Assembly: GCA_963733095.1 (NCBI GenBank) | Contig: CAVTBV010000001.1 | Span: forward strand, 157,951 to 221,950 | Source: Candidatus Bathyarchaeota archaeon | GTDB lineage: Archaea > Thermoproteota > Bathyarchaeia > Bathyarchaeales > Bathycorpusculaceae | DNA: 64,000 nt | Direction of reading: 5' to 3' | Part shown: in pieces, positions 30,271 through 40,487 of the stretch | Layout of the letters: the number at the start of each line of letters is the position of its first letter | Numbering within the stretch: position 1 is the stretch's first letter | Program-made: the position numbers and the translations under genes | Notes under the pieces: model-generated | What the model was told of the DNA's origin: nothing | Seen by the model: the letters and a program-made list of their open reading frames with translations, nothing else | Databases searched by the model: none

Positions 30271-32650
30271 TCTACTAGCTCGTCCAGATAAACAACTTCG
30301 AGACCATCTTCAAAGAGTTTCAGAATTATGTTGTAAACTGTGTATGGAACCTAAACTCAATCTTGAATCTATTGATCTTACGCAAGATAAACTTGCAAAA
30401 ACCCTTGAAATGGTTGGTTGGTGCCATGATTTTGGGAAAACAACAACTTTTTTTCAGGAATATATCCATGAAACAGATGAACAAAAGAAAAGAAAATTAA
30501 AAAACAGGAAAGAAACTCATCATAGTCTTATTTCTGCGGTGTTCACATATTATGTCTTAAAAAATCAGTATTACCTATCTGATTCGCCCCTCGATGAAGT
30601 CATGCCGCTCATAGGCTATTTAGTAGTGAAAAGACATCATGGGAATCTAAAAAATATACGAGAAGAAATTAGCGACCTCCTCCAAGATAGTGACAAACAA
30701 GATATTTTGAAAAAGCAGCTTGATTCTATTACTGTTGAAACTGTGACGGAACTCTATAAAAATGTATTTTCTGAGCAGATATTTATCACGTTCAAAGAAG
30801 ACTTGGATTCAATATTGGAGCAGATGAAACGAAGCCGAAGAATCTTGTGGAAATTCTTGAAAACAGGTAATTTGTTTCCAGCCATTTTAACTAGTTTTTG
30901 TTATTCAATTTTGCTGCAAGCAGACAAAGAGCATGCTTCAGGCATCACTGTAAAAAGGCATGAACCAATTCCTGATAACATCGTCGACACATATCGGCGC
31001 CTAAAAGGGTTCAATAAATCAACCACGAAAATTAACAAAATAAGAAACAGTATATACCAAGAAACAACAAAATGTGTGGAATCACTTGATCTTGCCCAGA
31101 AGATTTATTCTCTTAATGCGCCCACTGGAACAGGTAAAACGTTAACGGGGTTAGCGTTTGCAAATAGACTTGCATCTAGGCTGCGGTGTGAGCAGAGATT
31201 TAATCCCCGAATTTTTTATTGTATTTCATTCATCAGCATCATTGATCAAAACTGTAAAGTATTTGAGAACGTGTTTGAAACAGTCACCGGAGAAAAGCCT
31301 ACCAATGACCTTCTTTTAAAGCATCATCACCTAGCGGGCACGTATTATTCTACGGATGAAAATGAGTTTGATCCCGAGAAGGGTCTTTTCCTTGTTGAAG
31401 GATGGAACTCTGAGGTTATAGTTACAACGTTTGTTCAGCTTTTTCATACTTTGTTTACAAACAGGAATCGGTCTCTACGGAAATATCATAGATTAGCTAA
31501 CTCGATTATAATTCTTGATGAGGTCCAGTCACTTCCACATAAATATTGGCTATTACTACGAGAATACCTGAAAACTTTATCCGCGCTGTTTAACACATAC
31601 TTTATTTTTATGACGGCTACGCAGCCACTTATTTTTCAGCCAGAAACTGAAATTAAAGAATTATGTGCAAACAATGATCAGTATTTCCGCCAGTTTGATC
31701 GGTTGGATCTTGTTCCTCGCCTTGAACCTGTAACTTTAGATGTTTTTATGGCGCAAGTAGTAGTTGATATTGAAGCTAATCCTGAAAAAAGTTTTCTGAT
31801 AATAATGAACACTATCAACAGTTCTCAACAGGTGTATCAGCACCTCCAGAAATGTATGGGTAAAGAGAACCTTGTTTACTTATCCACTAGGGTTTTTCCT
31901 AAGGAACGTCTTGATCGTATAACCCAGATATGTAAAGGCGGAAAAAGAAAGATTATTGTTAGTACGCAGCTTGTTGAAGCTGGTGTAGACCTTGACGTGG
32001 ATGTTGTGTATCGCGATTTTGGTACGTTAGACTCTGTAGTGCAAGCTTCTGGTCGATGTAATAGAAACTTTAACGAAAAACACGGTTTAGTTAAGCTTTT
32101 CAGGATAAACGATGAGCGACGCTTCTATTACAGCTATATTTATGGCTGTAACTCGATGCTTATCGATAAGACCCTGCAGGTTCTTGAGAAAAAAACGGTG
32201 ATACCTGAACAGGGGTTTAAAGAGGTGGTTGAGGAATATTACCAGTTAGTAAAGCACTCCATGAGCAATGATGAAGCAAATAAATTACTTGAAAATATTG
32301 CTCGACTTGAATTTGAGGAAATTCAACGTAACTTTAAACTTATAGCTGAAGACTACCCCAAGATCGATGTGTTCATTGAGTATGACGATGAAGCTGTTAA
32401 GATGTGGAAAGAGTTCGAGAGAATACAAGAAATTGCTGAACCGTCTGAAAAACGACGTGAATTCATGAAAATTAAGAAACAATTATGGGACTATACAATT
32501 TCGGTCCCGGAGAAGTTTAAAGAAACTGTAGGATACATGGATTCCATTGACATGGGTTATATCTCAAAAATGATAATTCAACAAACAGGAGTATATGACA
32601 AACAATTAGGGTTCCTGAAAGAACAAACCACAAATACGTTTTTTGTATAA
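30239..32650 (+). CDS. cas3: Cas3 HD nuclease-helicase
   Basis: HDFGK, RHHG, APTGTGKT, ILDEVQ, MTATQP, STQLVEAGVD, QASGRCNR. Confidence 0.97.
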   Translation: MKPMKPSLSFNLLARPDKQLRDHLQRVSELCCKLCMEPKLNLESIDLTQDKLAKTLEMVGWCHDFGKTTTFFQEYIHETDEQKKRKLKNRKETHHSLISAVFTYYVLKNQYYLSDSPLDEVMPLIGYLVVKRHHGNLKNIREEISDLLQDSDKQDILKKQLDSITVETVTELYKNVFSEQIFITFKEDLDSILEQMKRSRRILWKFLKTGNLFPAILTSFCYSILLQADKEHASGITVKRHEPIPDNIVDTYRRLKGFNKSTTKINKIRNSIYQETTKCVESLDLAQKIYSLNAPTGTGKTLTGLAFANRLASRLRCEQRFNPRIFYCISFISIIDQNCKVFENVFETVTGEKPTNDLLLKHHHLAGTYYSTDENEFDPEKGLFLVEGWNSEVIVTTFVQLFHTLFTNRNRSLRKYHRLANSIIILDEVQSLPHKYWLLLREYLKTLSALFNTYFIFMTATQPLIFQPETEIKELCANNDQYFRQFDRLDLVPRLEPVTLDVFMAQVVVDIEANPEKSFLIIMNTINSSQQVYQHLQKCMGKENLVYLSTRVFPKERLDRITQICKGGKRKIIVSTQLVEAGVDLDVDVVYRDFGTLDSVVQASGRCNRNFNEKHGLVKLFRINDERRFYYSYIYGCNSMLIDKTLQVLEKKTVIPEQGFKEVVEEYYQLVKHSMSNDEANKLLENIARLEFEEIQRNFKLIAEDYPKIDVFIEYDDEAVKMWKEFERIQEIAEPSEKRREFMKIKKQLWDYTISVPEKFKETVGYMDSIDMGYISKMIIQQTGVYDKQLGFLKEQTTNTFFV

Positions 32651-32759
32651 TATGGCACCTGTTTATAAGAGATTCAATAAAAAAAGGTGGTGAAAAATAT
32701 GACTCTTAAACAACTCCAAAAAAGTCTTAAAACATCAAAAGAAGCCGACAAAACGTGCT
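32651..32759 (+). promoter_or_regulatory. CRISPR leader
   Basis: A-rich non-coding segment with a TTTATAAG TATA-like box between cas3 and repeat 1; repeats end in ATTGAAAC on the + strand. Confidence 0.75.
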
Positions 32760-34984
32760 GTCGGAGAATGAAATCCATTAAAACAAGGATTGAAACTTGG
32801 CTGCTGTTTGATTTAGAATTGTGCTAAAGTCGGAGAATGAAATCCATTAAAACAAGGATTGAAACACTACAGCATCGTCGATATAGATTCAACAGGCTTG
32901 CAAGCAGGTCGGAGAATGAAATCCATTAAAACAAGGATTGAAACTATAATCCTTAATTGTTGATTCTAACATACCTAAAAGTCGGAGAATGAAATCCATT
33001 AAAACAAGGATTGAAACCAGGTTACTTCTAAGGTGTCGCCTGCATCCCAATTGCAGGTCGGAGAATGAAATCCATTAAAACAAGGATTGAAACACTATTC
33101 ATAGCGCAAATTCGGGTATAACTCCTGCTTTTGGTTCAGTCGGAGAATGAAATCCATTAAAACAAGGATTGAAACAAAATTAATGGGTGAAGAATGGACT
33201 GCTGAAGACGAAGGTCGGAGAATGAAATCCATTAAAACAAGGATTGAAACTTCGGGCATTGGGTTCCAACAGAGTTAATCCAGCAAATCGTCGGAGAATG
33301 AAATCCATTAAAACAAGGATTGAAACAACAGCGGCGTAATCCACAAAATATTAACTCAACTCGAGTCGGAGAATGAAATCCATTAAAACAAGGATTGAAA
33401 CTGTCAGTGGCAGGCGACAGAGGATTCTTTGATTTAGCATTGGGGTCGGAGAATGAAATGTCGGAGAATGAAATCCATTAAAACAAGGATTGAAACTAGC
33501 TGACACAGAAGACAAAGCAGAAGAATACAAAGACTGTCGGAGAATGAAATCCATTAAAACAAGGATTGAAACGACGCCGACGCATACCGCATAAGCCTCG
33601 CGCAACTTGGTCGGAGAATGAAATCCATTAAAACAAGGATTGAAACATTCAGAAAGCCAAAGACGGCGACCTCACAGAGGAAGAGTCGGAGAATGAAATC
33701 CATTAAAACAAGGATTGAAACTCAAATAAGCAAAGACGCCTGGAATGCACTGCATAAGTCGGAGAATGAAATCCATTAAAACAAGGATTGAAACTAGGTG
33801 CTTGTGTTGCTTTAGGCTTCGATGGCTTCAGCGAGTCGGAGAATGAAATCCATTAAAACAAGGATTGAAACTCAATGTTCTATTGGACTGCAAGCTTATT
33901 TGAGCAGGGGTCGGAGAATGAAATCCATTAAAACAAGGATTGAAACTGAGTAAAGGTACAAGTTGGATTTGTGCAGATTGTAGTCGGAGAATGAAATCCA
34001 TTAAAACAAGGATTGAAACAAGTAACCATCGTAATGTGTAAGAGTTGATGTTAGTCGGAGAATGAAATCCATTAAAACAAGGATTGAAACCAAATTGACT
34101 GTCTTTGCCTTCGACGCGGCTGAACTCGGTCGGAGAATGAAATCCATTAAAACAAGGATTGAAACCCCAATTAAAATCTTGAGTAGGAACAGTAACATCA
34201 TATTGTCGGAGAATGAAATCCATTAAAACAAGGATTGAAACTAAATGCTCTATCCTTAACTAAAAGTTGGTGCAATTAGGTCGGAGAATGAAATCCATTA
34301 AAACAAGGATTGAAACATCAGAGAACAATCCGGTGAGAGCAAAAAAAACATTGTCGGAGAATGAAATCCATTAAAACAAGGATTGAAACAATACTGTCTC
34401 GGACACTATAGGTTAGTAAGGGTTAAGTCGGAGAATGAAATCCATTAAAACAAGGATTGAAACTTCCACCAGAACCAAAAATGCAAATCTGCAGGGAACT
34501 GTTTAGTGTCGGAGAATGAAATCCATTAAAACAAGGATTGAAACCCAATTCAAAGTTGATTATGACTTAGAAAGGCGAAAGTCGGAGAATGAAATCCATT
34601 AAAACAAGGATTGAAACACTATTTCCTCATTATCTTCAGTGGCATTCAGAAAGGTCGGAGAATGAAATCCATTAAAACAAGGATTGAAACTCTTTCTTCG
34701 ACCAACAGTTAACCATCAATACTATTTGGTCGGAGAATGAAATCCATTAAAACAAGGATTGAAACGTGGTTGTTGACCGCGCTGACCTCGCTTTAGTTGG
34801 AAGTCGGAGAATGAAATCCATTAAAACAAGGATTGAAACAAAATGCCTGTTTTTGGGTTGCCTTCTGACTACTCGTCGGAGAATGAAATCCATTAAAACA
34901 AGGATTGAAACGCTATACTTGAATGCCATGACCTAGTTGAAAAAGGAGTCGGAGAATGAAATCCATTAAAACAAGGATTGAAAC
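32760..34984 (+). CRISPR. CRISPR array: 30 full repeats GTCGGAGAATGAAATCCATTAAAACAAGGATTGAAAC (37 nt), 29 spacers of about 32-45 nt, plus one 15-nt partial repeat
   Basis: Counted by eye: repeats start at 32760, 32829, 32908 ... 34875, 34948; internal hairpin AATCC/GGATT. Confidence 0.99.
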
Positions 34985-35200
34985 TCGGGAGAAAACATAC
35001 TTTTCGGTTCTGGACATTTCGGAGAGTTCAGAGTCGGACTATGGAGTTTGAAGTACATGACCCGAAAGTTATCAAAGGAAACAAACAGGCTGAAAACCCG
35101 AAGAGTTATCAGAACCCCAAAGCGCAATCTTTTATTCCTTCTTTTCTTAGGAAAATATTAAAAACCTAAAACCCTATCTTTTTTATGAATGCAGTAACTA

Positions 35201-35359
35201 ATGCAGAAACATAAACAGGTAAAAGACCCAGAGCAAATTAAGTTTAAAAAACAGTTGGATGCTTGCCCTTATTGCGGTTGCAAGGTTGAAGAGATAGATT
35301 TTGAAAATTGTAAAGTTTTTTGTGCTGAATGCAAGCGAGAAAACCCTTTCTACGAATAG
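35201..35359 (+). CDS. 52-aa zinc-ribbon protein (absent from the ORF track)
   Basis: Own translation: MQKHKQVKDPEQIKFKKQLDACPYCGCKVEEIDFENCKVFCAECKRENPFYE. Confidence 0.55.
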   Translation: MQKHKQVKDPEQIKFKKQLDACPYCGCKVEEIDFENCKVFCAECKRENPFYE

Positions 35360-36135
35360 CTAAAAAACCGAGATAATGCGCATAATATCAGATAATTTTT
35401 AAGGGGGATACCCATTTTTGCGCCACGGCGCTACGCTTCAAAGATAAACTGAATAATATGACCCGCCAAAAACCAATTTTTTAAAGGTTGGACATTCACT
35501 CAACTGTTTTTAAGATTGTAAAATAAGCCGCATCTGGAGTAGTATACGTTAAAAAATAGCCTTTGCGCTCTAGTGTCTCCGGTGCGTCTTGAGTGGCTAG
35601 ATCAATCCCTCGAAAGGCAATCTATCTGGTTTTAGCGTGGATTCTGATGGTTAGCTACCAAATCTTCACTCAATCTGCCCTAACCACCCTGACCTCCTCT
35701 TGAAGGGTTCTATTCCAGCTCTTGCATCCTTGATACGTTCGAACGTAAACCTAACCGTTTTCATCTGCTCCTTCGCCTGGATGTTGTCCTCTCAGCCCTT
35801 ATCTCAACTGTTATGTTCGGAAAAGAAAGAAGAAGACTCACCATCCAATTCCTTGCAAGTTTAGCATTGACTCTTACAGAGTCCGCTTTGTTAGGTTTGC
35901 TTCATGCGGTTGGTTTGGGCTTTTCAAATCCAAGCGTTCTCTTTTACCTTTCACTCTTTTATTCGGTAACATGTTTTTCGCGTTTTTCTACCTTCTTTGC
36001 CCTTCATTTTCATGGTGGTGGTTGATTTGGGTCTTATGAAAATAAGGAATACTTGATTGTGCAAGAATGATTGGCTGGGCGAGCGAAAAGGTGAAATGCA
36101 ACATCACCTCAAAGTAAAGCAAGGTGAACTTTGAA

Positions 36136-36339
36136 ATGAGTAGCGATGTAAATATGGCAAGCCTCCAGCTAAACGGCGACAAACAAAACTTTATCCTAGA
36201 CAAGAAAGACTTCAAAACAGGCAGCAGAGGATACTATGGAACAGGCAAGATGGTGGCTGGCGGAAAAAGATACCAAATAAGCATACAAGTCGTAGAAATC
36301 GGTTCTAAACCTAAAGCTGAAGAAGAAAAGAAAAAGTAG
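36136..36339 (+). CDS. Small beta-rich conserved hypothetical protein
   Basis: KDFKTGSRGYYGTGK..YQISIQVVEIGSK; followed by a T-rich terminator. Confidence 0.75.
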   Translation: MSSDVNMASLQLNGDKQNFILDKKDFKTGSRGYYGTGKMVAGGKRYQISIQVVEIGSKPKAEEEKKK

Positions 36340-36364
36340 TCTATTTTTAATTTTTATTTTTTGT

Positions 36365-36850
36365 TTAAGGCAAAACCGACGCGTTGATTATTGTTACGTT
36401 TGTGCGTGGTTTATCGTTAGCACCTGTTGGTACCTTGGCGATTTTGTCGACGACATCCATTCTGGAGACGACTTTGCCAAACGCTGGATGCTTGCTGTCT
36501 AAGAAATTGTTGTTTACTTGGTTTATGAAGAATTGGCTGCTTCCCGTGTTTGGACCTGCATTTGCCATCGAGATGCTGCCTCGGTCGTTGCGGTTGGTCT
36601 TGGTGAATTCGTCTTTAATGTCGGGTATTGATGGGTCTCCGTATCCTGTTCCTGTTGGGTCGCCGCCTTGGATCATGAAGCCCGGTATTACTCTGTGGAA
36701 GATTGTGCCGTTGTAGGTTCCTTTTTGTACGAGGTTTTTGAAGTTTCCTGTGGTTATCGGCATGTCGTTTCTTAATGCGATTGTTATGTCGCCCATGCTT
36801 GTGTGAAGTAAAACTTTAGTTTCGGGTTGATTAGTTGGTTGTCCTGACAT
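36365..36850 (-). CDS. Cyclophilin-type peptidyl-prolyl isomerase (cytoplasmic)
   Basis: FHRVIPGFMIQGGD, SMANAGPNTGSSQFFIN, HPAFGKV. Confidence 0.96.
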   Translation of the reverse strand: MSGQPTNQPETKVLLHTSMGDITIALRNDMPITTGNFKNLVQKGTYNGTIFHRVIPGFMIQGGDPTGTGYGDPSIPDIKDEFTKTNRNDRGSISMANAGPNTGSSQFFINQVNNNFLDSKHPAFGKVVSRMDVVDKIAKVPTGANDKPRTNVTIINASVLP

Positions 36851-36974
36851 AATTTATGACCAAATACCAATTAGAATTATATCTATTATGCCTATTGCAC
36901 CCAATCTTAACTTTTCATACCTATGCTAAATCGCTTTTTATTATAAAGAAAAAATAAGTTGATTTTGGGTGGGA

Positions 36975-37679
36975 TTAAGATATGATTGTAGCTTTTATGA
37001 TGCTGATTGGGTGCACTGGCTGGCTATTTTCTCCATAGACGTTGGTCGTTACTTGAGAATTGGCAATTGCGTCGACGATGTTTTGGCCTTCGATTACTCT
37101 TCCAAAGACCGTGTAGGTTCCATCGAAAGTGGTGCCGTCAGGGTATGTGATTTGGCTGTTGTCAGCGGCGTTTATGAAGAATTCGCTTGTTGCAGAGTTA
37201 GGTTGGCTGGTTTTTGCCATTGCTATCGTGTATTTTGTGTTGTGGTTATCACTGCCTATCTCGTCTGAGATTGCTGGAACGGACTGGCTGATTTGGCCGC
37301 CTTGGATCATGAAGCCAGCGATGACTCGGTGGAAGGTTGTACCATCGTACCATCCATGGTTGACGATGTTGATGAAATTGGTTGTGGTGATTGGTTTATC
37401 GGTTCGTAACTCGAGGGTTATGTTTCCAACGGTTGTTTGGAGAAGCACTTTTGTTGGATTAACGTAATGCGGGTCGCTGGGTGTTGCTGATGGCGATGTT
37501 GATGCGGTTGGCTCTTGGGTAGGTGTGGGAGTTGGCGTCGCGGCTGGTGGGTTTGCTGGTTGACCAAACGTAATGTATGCCCCGACACCAATTAGGATGA
37601 TAGCTATCATGCCAATTGCGAGGAATAGCGTCTTGTTAGATTTTTTCTTTGATGAGTAACTTTTTTTGTTGGGAGCCAT
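36975..37679 (-). CDS. Membrane-anchored cyclophilin-type PPIase
   Basis: Basic N-terminus, TM helix, Pro/Thr linker, FHRVIAGFMIQGG, SATSEFFIN, YTVFGRV. Confidence 0.93.
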   Translation of the reverse strand: MAPNKKSYSSKKKSNKTLFLAIGMIAIILIGVGAYITFGQPANPPAATPTPTPTQEPTASTSPSATPSDPHYVNPTKVLLQTTVGNITLELRTDKPITTTNFINIVNHGWYDGTTFHRVIAGFMIQGGQISQSVPAISDEIGSDNHNTKYTIAMAKTSQPNSATSEFFINAADNSQITYPDGTTFDGTYTVFGRVIEGQNIVDAIANSQVTTNVYGENSQPVHPISIIKATIIS

Positions 37680-37983
37680 GTCTGAGTAGTCAACTGCTTT
37701 TCATATAAGATTTTTCCCTAATTCGATTTTCTCAAGTTTTTTGGCATTTAAGCAAATTCCTATTTCCGAAAGTGGCAATAATGCTGCCTTAGGTAAAACT
37801 GTGGCGTCTTACATGGACAGTTTTCAGCCCAAACTGTCTTATTTAGCTAAAAATTTTTTTTGAGCTTTCTGTTAGAGATGTTTTTGGCATAGGAACTTTA
37901 CCATACATCTAGCACTTAAACCTCCAGAGAGAAGTTAGAAATACCTGTGAGGTCTGATATGGTTTGGTAGAGGCTCAAGCGTC

Positions 37984-39531
37984 ATGACGGATGTTGTGTT
38001 TGTCTTTGAAGTTCACCAACCCCACAGGCTAAGAAGGAATCTGTTTTGGGAAGGCAAAGTTTTCAGGCGCCTATCCAAGGCTGAACTTTTCGATTATTAC
38101 TTTGATAACGAGGTTGACCGAGAAATCTTTAAGCGTGCCGCACGCAAATGCTATTTTCCATCAAACCAGATCCTCCTTGATGTAATAGAACGCCACAAAC
38201 ACGACCGTAAGCAGGCAAAGTTTTCCTTCAGCGTTTCCGGTGTTTTTCTTGAACAATGCGAAATGTTCGACAAAGACCTCCTTGAAAGCTTCAAGCAACT
38301 CTCAGCCACAGGACGAGTGGAATTTCTAGACCAAACCTACTATCACTCTATCGCCAGTCTCTACCCTGAAAAAGAAGAATTTGTAGCTCAAGTCGCCATG
38401 CATAAGCAAACCATCAAGGATTTGCTTGGGACTACACCACGTATTTTTGAGAATACAGAGTTGCTTTACAACAACACAATCGCTAAAACTGTTGAGGATA
38501 TGGGTTACAAGGGCATTTACACGGAGGGTGTGGAGAAGATTCTGGGCGAAAAATCACCCAACTTTATCTACACTCCTAAAGGCACAAAAAAAATCCGGAT
38601 TTTCCTGCGGAATTACAAGTTGACTGACGACATCGGCTTTAGATTTTCCGCTAGATGGTGGCCTGAGTGGCCCCTGACCGCAGACAAGTATGCGCGGTGG
38701 CTAGCCGAAACCAAGGGTGAAGTCATCAATATATTCCCAGACTACGAAACCTTCGGCGAGCACCACTGGCCAGAAACAGGCATCCACAGTTTCCTCCAAC
38801 ACCTCCCAGATGAAATATTGAAGTATGACCATTTGCAGATGGCTACGCCCTCTGAAGTGATAGAAAAGCATGCTTCGGCAGGAGAAATTGATGTTCCAGA
38901 AGCTGGAGGAACGGTTTCTTGGGCTGACATTCAGCGAGACCAGTCAGGGTGGCTGGGAAACGTTATGCAGTGGGCTTACTACACGACCCTGCGCAGGTTA
39001 GAACCGCTGATAAAGGAGGCGGACGACGGTGAATTTCTCAGGTTGTGGCGTGACTTCCAAACAAGCGACCACCTCTACTACATGTTCACTGCAGGAGGCG
39101 GACCAGGGGAAGTTCATTCTTACTTTAGCCCATATGAGTCGCCGATGGATGCTTTTGTAGCTGCTCAAACTTTGCTTAACGATTTTGAGGCAAGGCTCAG
39201 GCTTTCACTCCTTACCGCTAACGAGCCTTTCTTGTTCTATACGGGCATTGGGAAGGAATGCTATACGGGGTTGATGGCTTGGAGTCTTAAGGGTTTCATT
39301 AAAGCCCTCAAAGAAGTAGATGTCAGAGCTATAGAGTTCCATGTAGGCAAAGGCGATTTTGAGAGTTGGGCAGGATACTCGTTAAAAGACAAGAAATTGG
39401 CATCCAAAATCAAAGCCCTCAAAGCTTCAGTGGAAGTAGGGGATAAACTTAGAAAAGCAATGGTTGAAGCTGCAACAAAACGTTACCTTGCCCAAAGCGA
39501 GGCGTTGCAGGATGCAACCCAGCTTTTCTAA
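37984..39531 (+). CDS. Glycoside hydrolase family 57 (alpha-amylase type) with C-terminal DUF5752 domain
   Basis: FEVHQP, QTYYHS, ENTEL, DYETFGEH, TSDHLYYM; tail PFLFYTG..IEFH..GDFESW..D..LA. Confidence 0.92.
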   Translation: MTDVVFVFEVHQPHRLRRNLFWEGKVFRRLSKAELFDYYFDNEVDREIFKRAARKCYFPSNQILLDVIERHKHDRKQAKFSFSVSGVFLEQCEMFDKDLLESFKQLSATGRVEFLDQTYYHSIASLYPEKEEFVAQVAMHKQTIKDLLGTTPRIFENTELLYNNTIAKTVEDMGYKGIYTEGVEKILGEKSPNFIYTPKGTKKIRIFLRNYKLTDDIGFRFSARWWPEWPLTADKYARWLAETKGEVINIFPDYETFGEHHWPETGIHSFLQHLPDEILKYDHLQMATPSEVIEKHASAGEIDVPEAGGTVSWADIQRDQSGWLGNVMQWAYYTTLRRLEPLIKEADDGEFLRLWRDFQTSDHLYYMFTAGGGPGEVHSYFSPYESPMDAFVAAQTLLNDFEARLRLSLLTANEPFLFYTGIGKECYTGLMAWSLKGFIKALKEVDVRAIEFHVGKGDFESWAGYSLKDKKLASKIKALKASVEVGDKLRKAMVEAATKRYLAQSEALQDATQLF

Positions 39532-39598
39532 AGGAAACCTGTCTCGCATGCGTTTATAAGATAAGTCGTGTACTCTTTGATGGTACGGTGCATAAAGA

Positions 39599-39850
39599 AT
39601 GAGAGAAGCGCTTCCGTTTCCAGATAAAGTCCTGCAGACCCTGCATAACCTGTGCGCGACCGCCGCAGATTTGGCAAGGAGAGGCGAGGAAGTAGCGCGG
39701 CTTCTGCAGAAAGACCCCGCTGAAATTGAGGGCATTTTAGATCGATACAAGTCTGAAGGGTTCGCCGAAAGCTTCTACGATAATGAAGGCAAAAAACGGT
39801 ACTATCTCAATGGTCGAGGAATAATTAAGGTCTGTTCACTTTTCACGTAG
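39599..39850 (+). CDS. Small winged-helix protein
   Basis: EEVARLL..IEGILDRYKSEGFAE..KKRYYLNGRG. Confidence 0.7.
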   Translation: MREALPFPDKVLQTLHNLCATAADLARRGEEVARLLQKDPAEIEGILDRYKSEGFAESFYDNEGKKRYYLNGRGIIKVCSLFT

Positions 39851-39857
39851 TGGAAAC

Positions 39858-40487
39858 ATGCGTGTCATCATTTTTTCTTGGGAGTATCCACCAAGGGTGG
39901 TAGGTCAACTCTCTGGGTATGTTAGTGCCCTGTCAAGTCAGTTGGCTAAAAGCAAAGTGGATGTCCATGTTGTAACTTATGATGACTCTGCAACAGGTCA
40001 AACGCAGGAATCCAGCGGCGTAAAAACTTTCAGAGTGGCTAACCCTGTTCGAACACACATTGGCGTCTTAACATGGGTTCTCACTTTAAACCAAGAGGTT
40101 GAACGGGCGGCAACCAGTATTTACTATGAATCTCACAAGCAAGTTGACCTCATAGACGTTTTCGACTGGCATTTTATCCCCGCCGCAGTCACGTTAAAGA
40201 ACGGTTTAGGCATACCCTTTGTCTACTCGGTTGAAAGCCTAGAAGACCATCGTTCCCCAAACGCTGACGCATCCTACAACATGGCTATCAAAAGCATCGA
40301 GTGGCTCGGCTTTTATGAAGCAGCAAGAGTTAACGTAAAATCCGAATGGATGAAAGAAGAAGCAATCCGCATATACCAAGTTCCAAGAGAAAAAATAGCC
40401 GTCATATCAACAGACCCCAATTCTTTAGGAAAAAACGTCCTAAAATCATATAGCAAGGTGGCGGAGACAAAGAAGAATGAAAGATAA
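39858..40487 (+). CDS. Stand-alone GT4 N-terminal domain protein
   Basis: FSWEYPPRVVG; aligns with the first half of the next gene and ends before the nucleotide-sugar-binding domain. Confidence 0.8.
   Translation: MRVIIFSWEYPPRVVGQLSGYVSALSSQLAKSKVDVHVVTYDDSATGQTQESSGVKTFRVANPVRTHIGVLTWVLTLNQEVERAATSIYYESHKQVDLIDVFDWHFIPAAVTLKNGLGIPFVYSVESLEDHRSPNADASYNMAIKSIEWLGFYEAARVNVKSEWMKEEAIRIYQVPREKIAVISTDPNSLGKNVLKSYSKVAETKKNER

Noticed and set aside
33351-34929. Minus-strand ORFs with repeated VSILVLMDFILR / FNPCFNGFHSPT peptides
   Set aside because: These are translations of the CRISPR repeats.
32797-34947. Self-targeting spacers
   Set aside because: By eye, no match longer than about 10 nt to the rest of the window; a full-genome alignment is still needed.
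35560-36025. ORF 35813-36025 and minus-strand coding-like fragments
   Set aside because: No recognisable family and multiple stops; treated as island debris.
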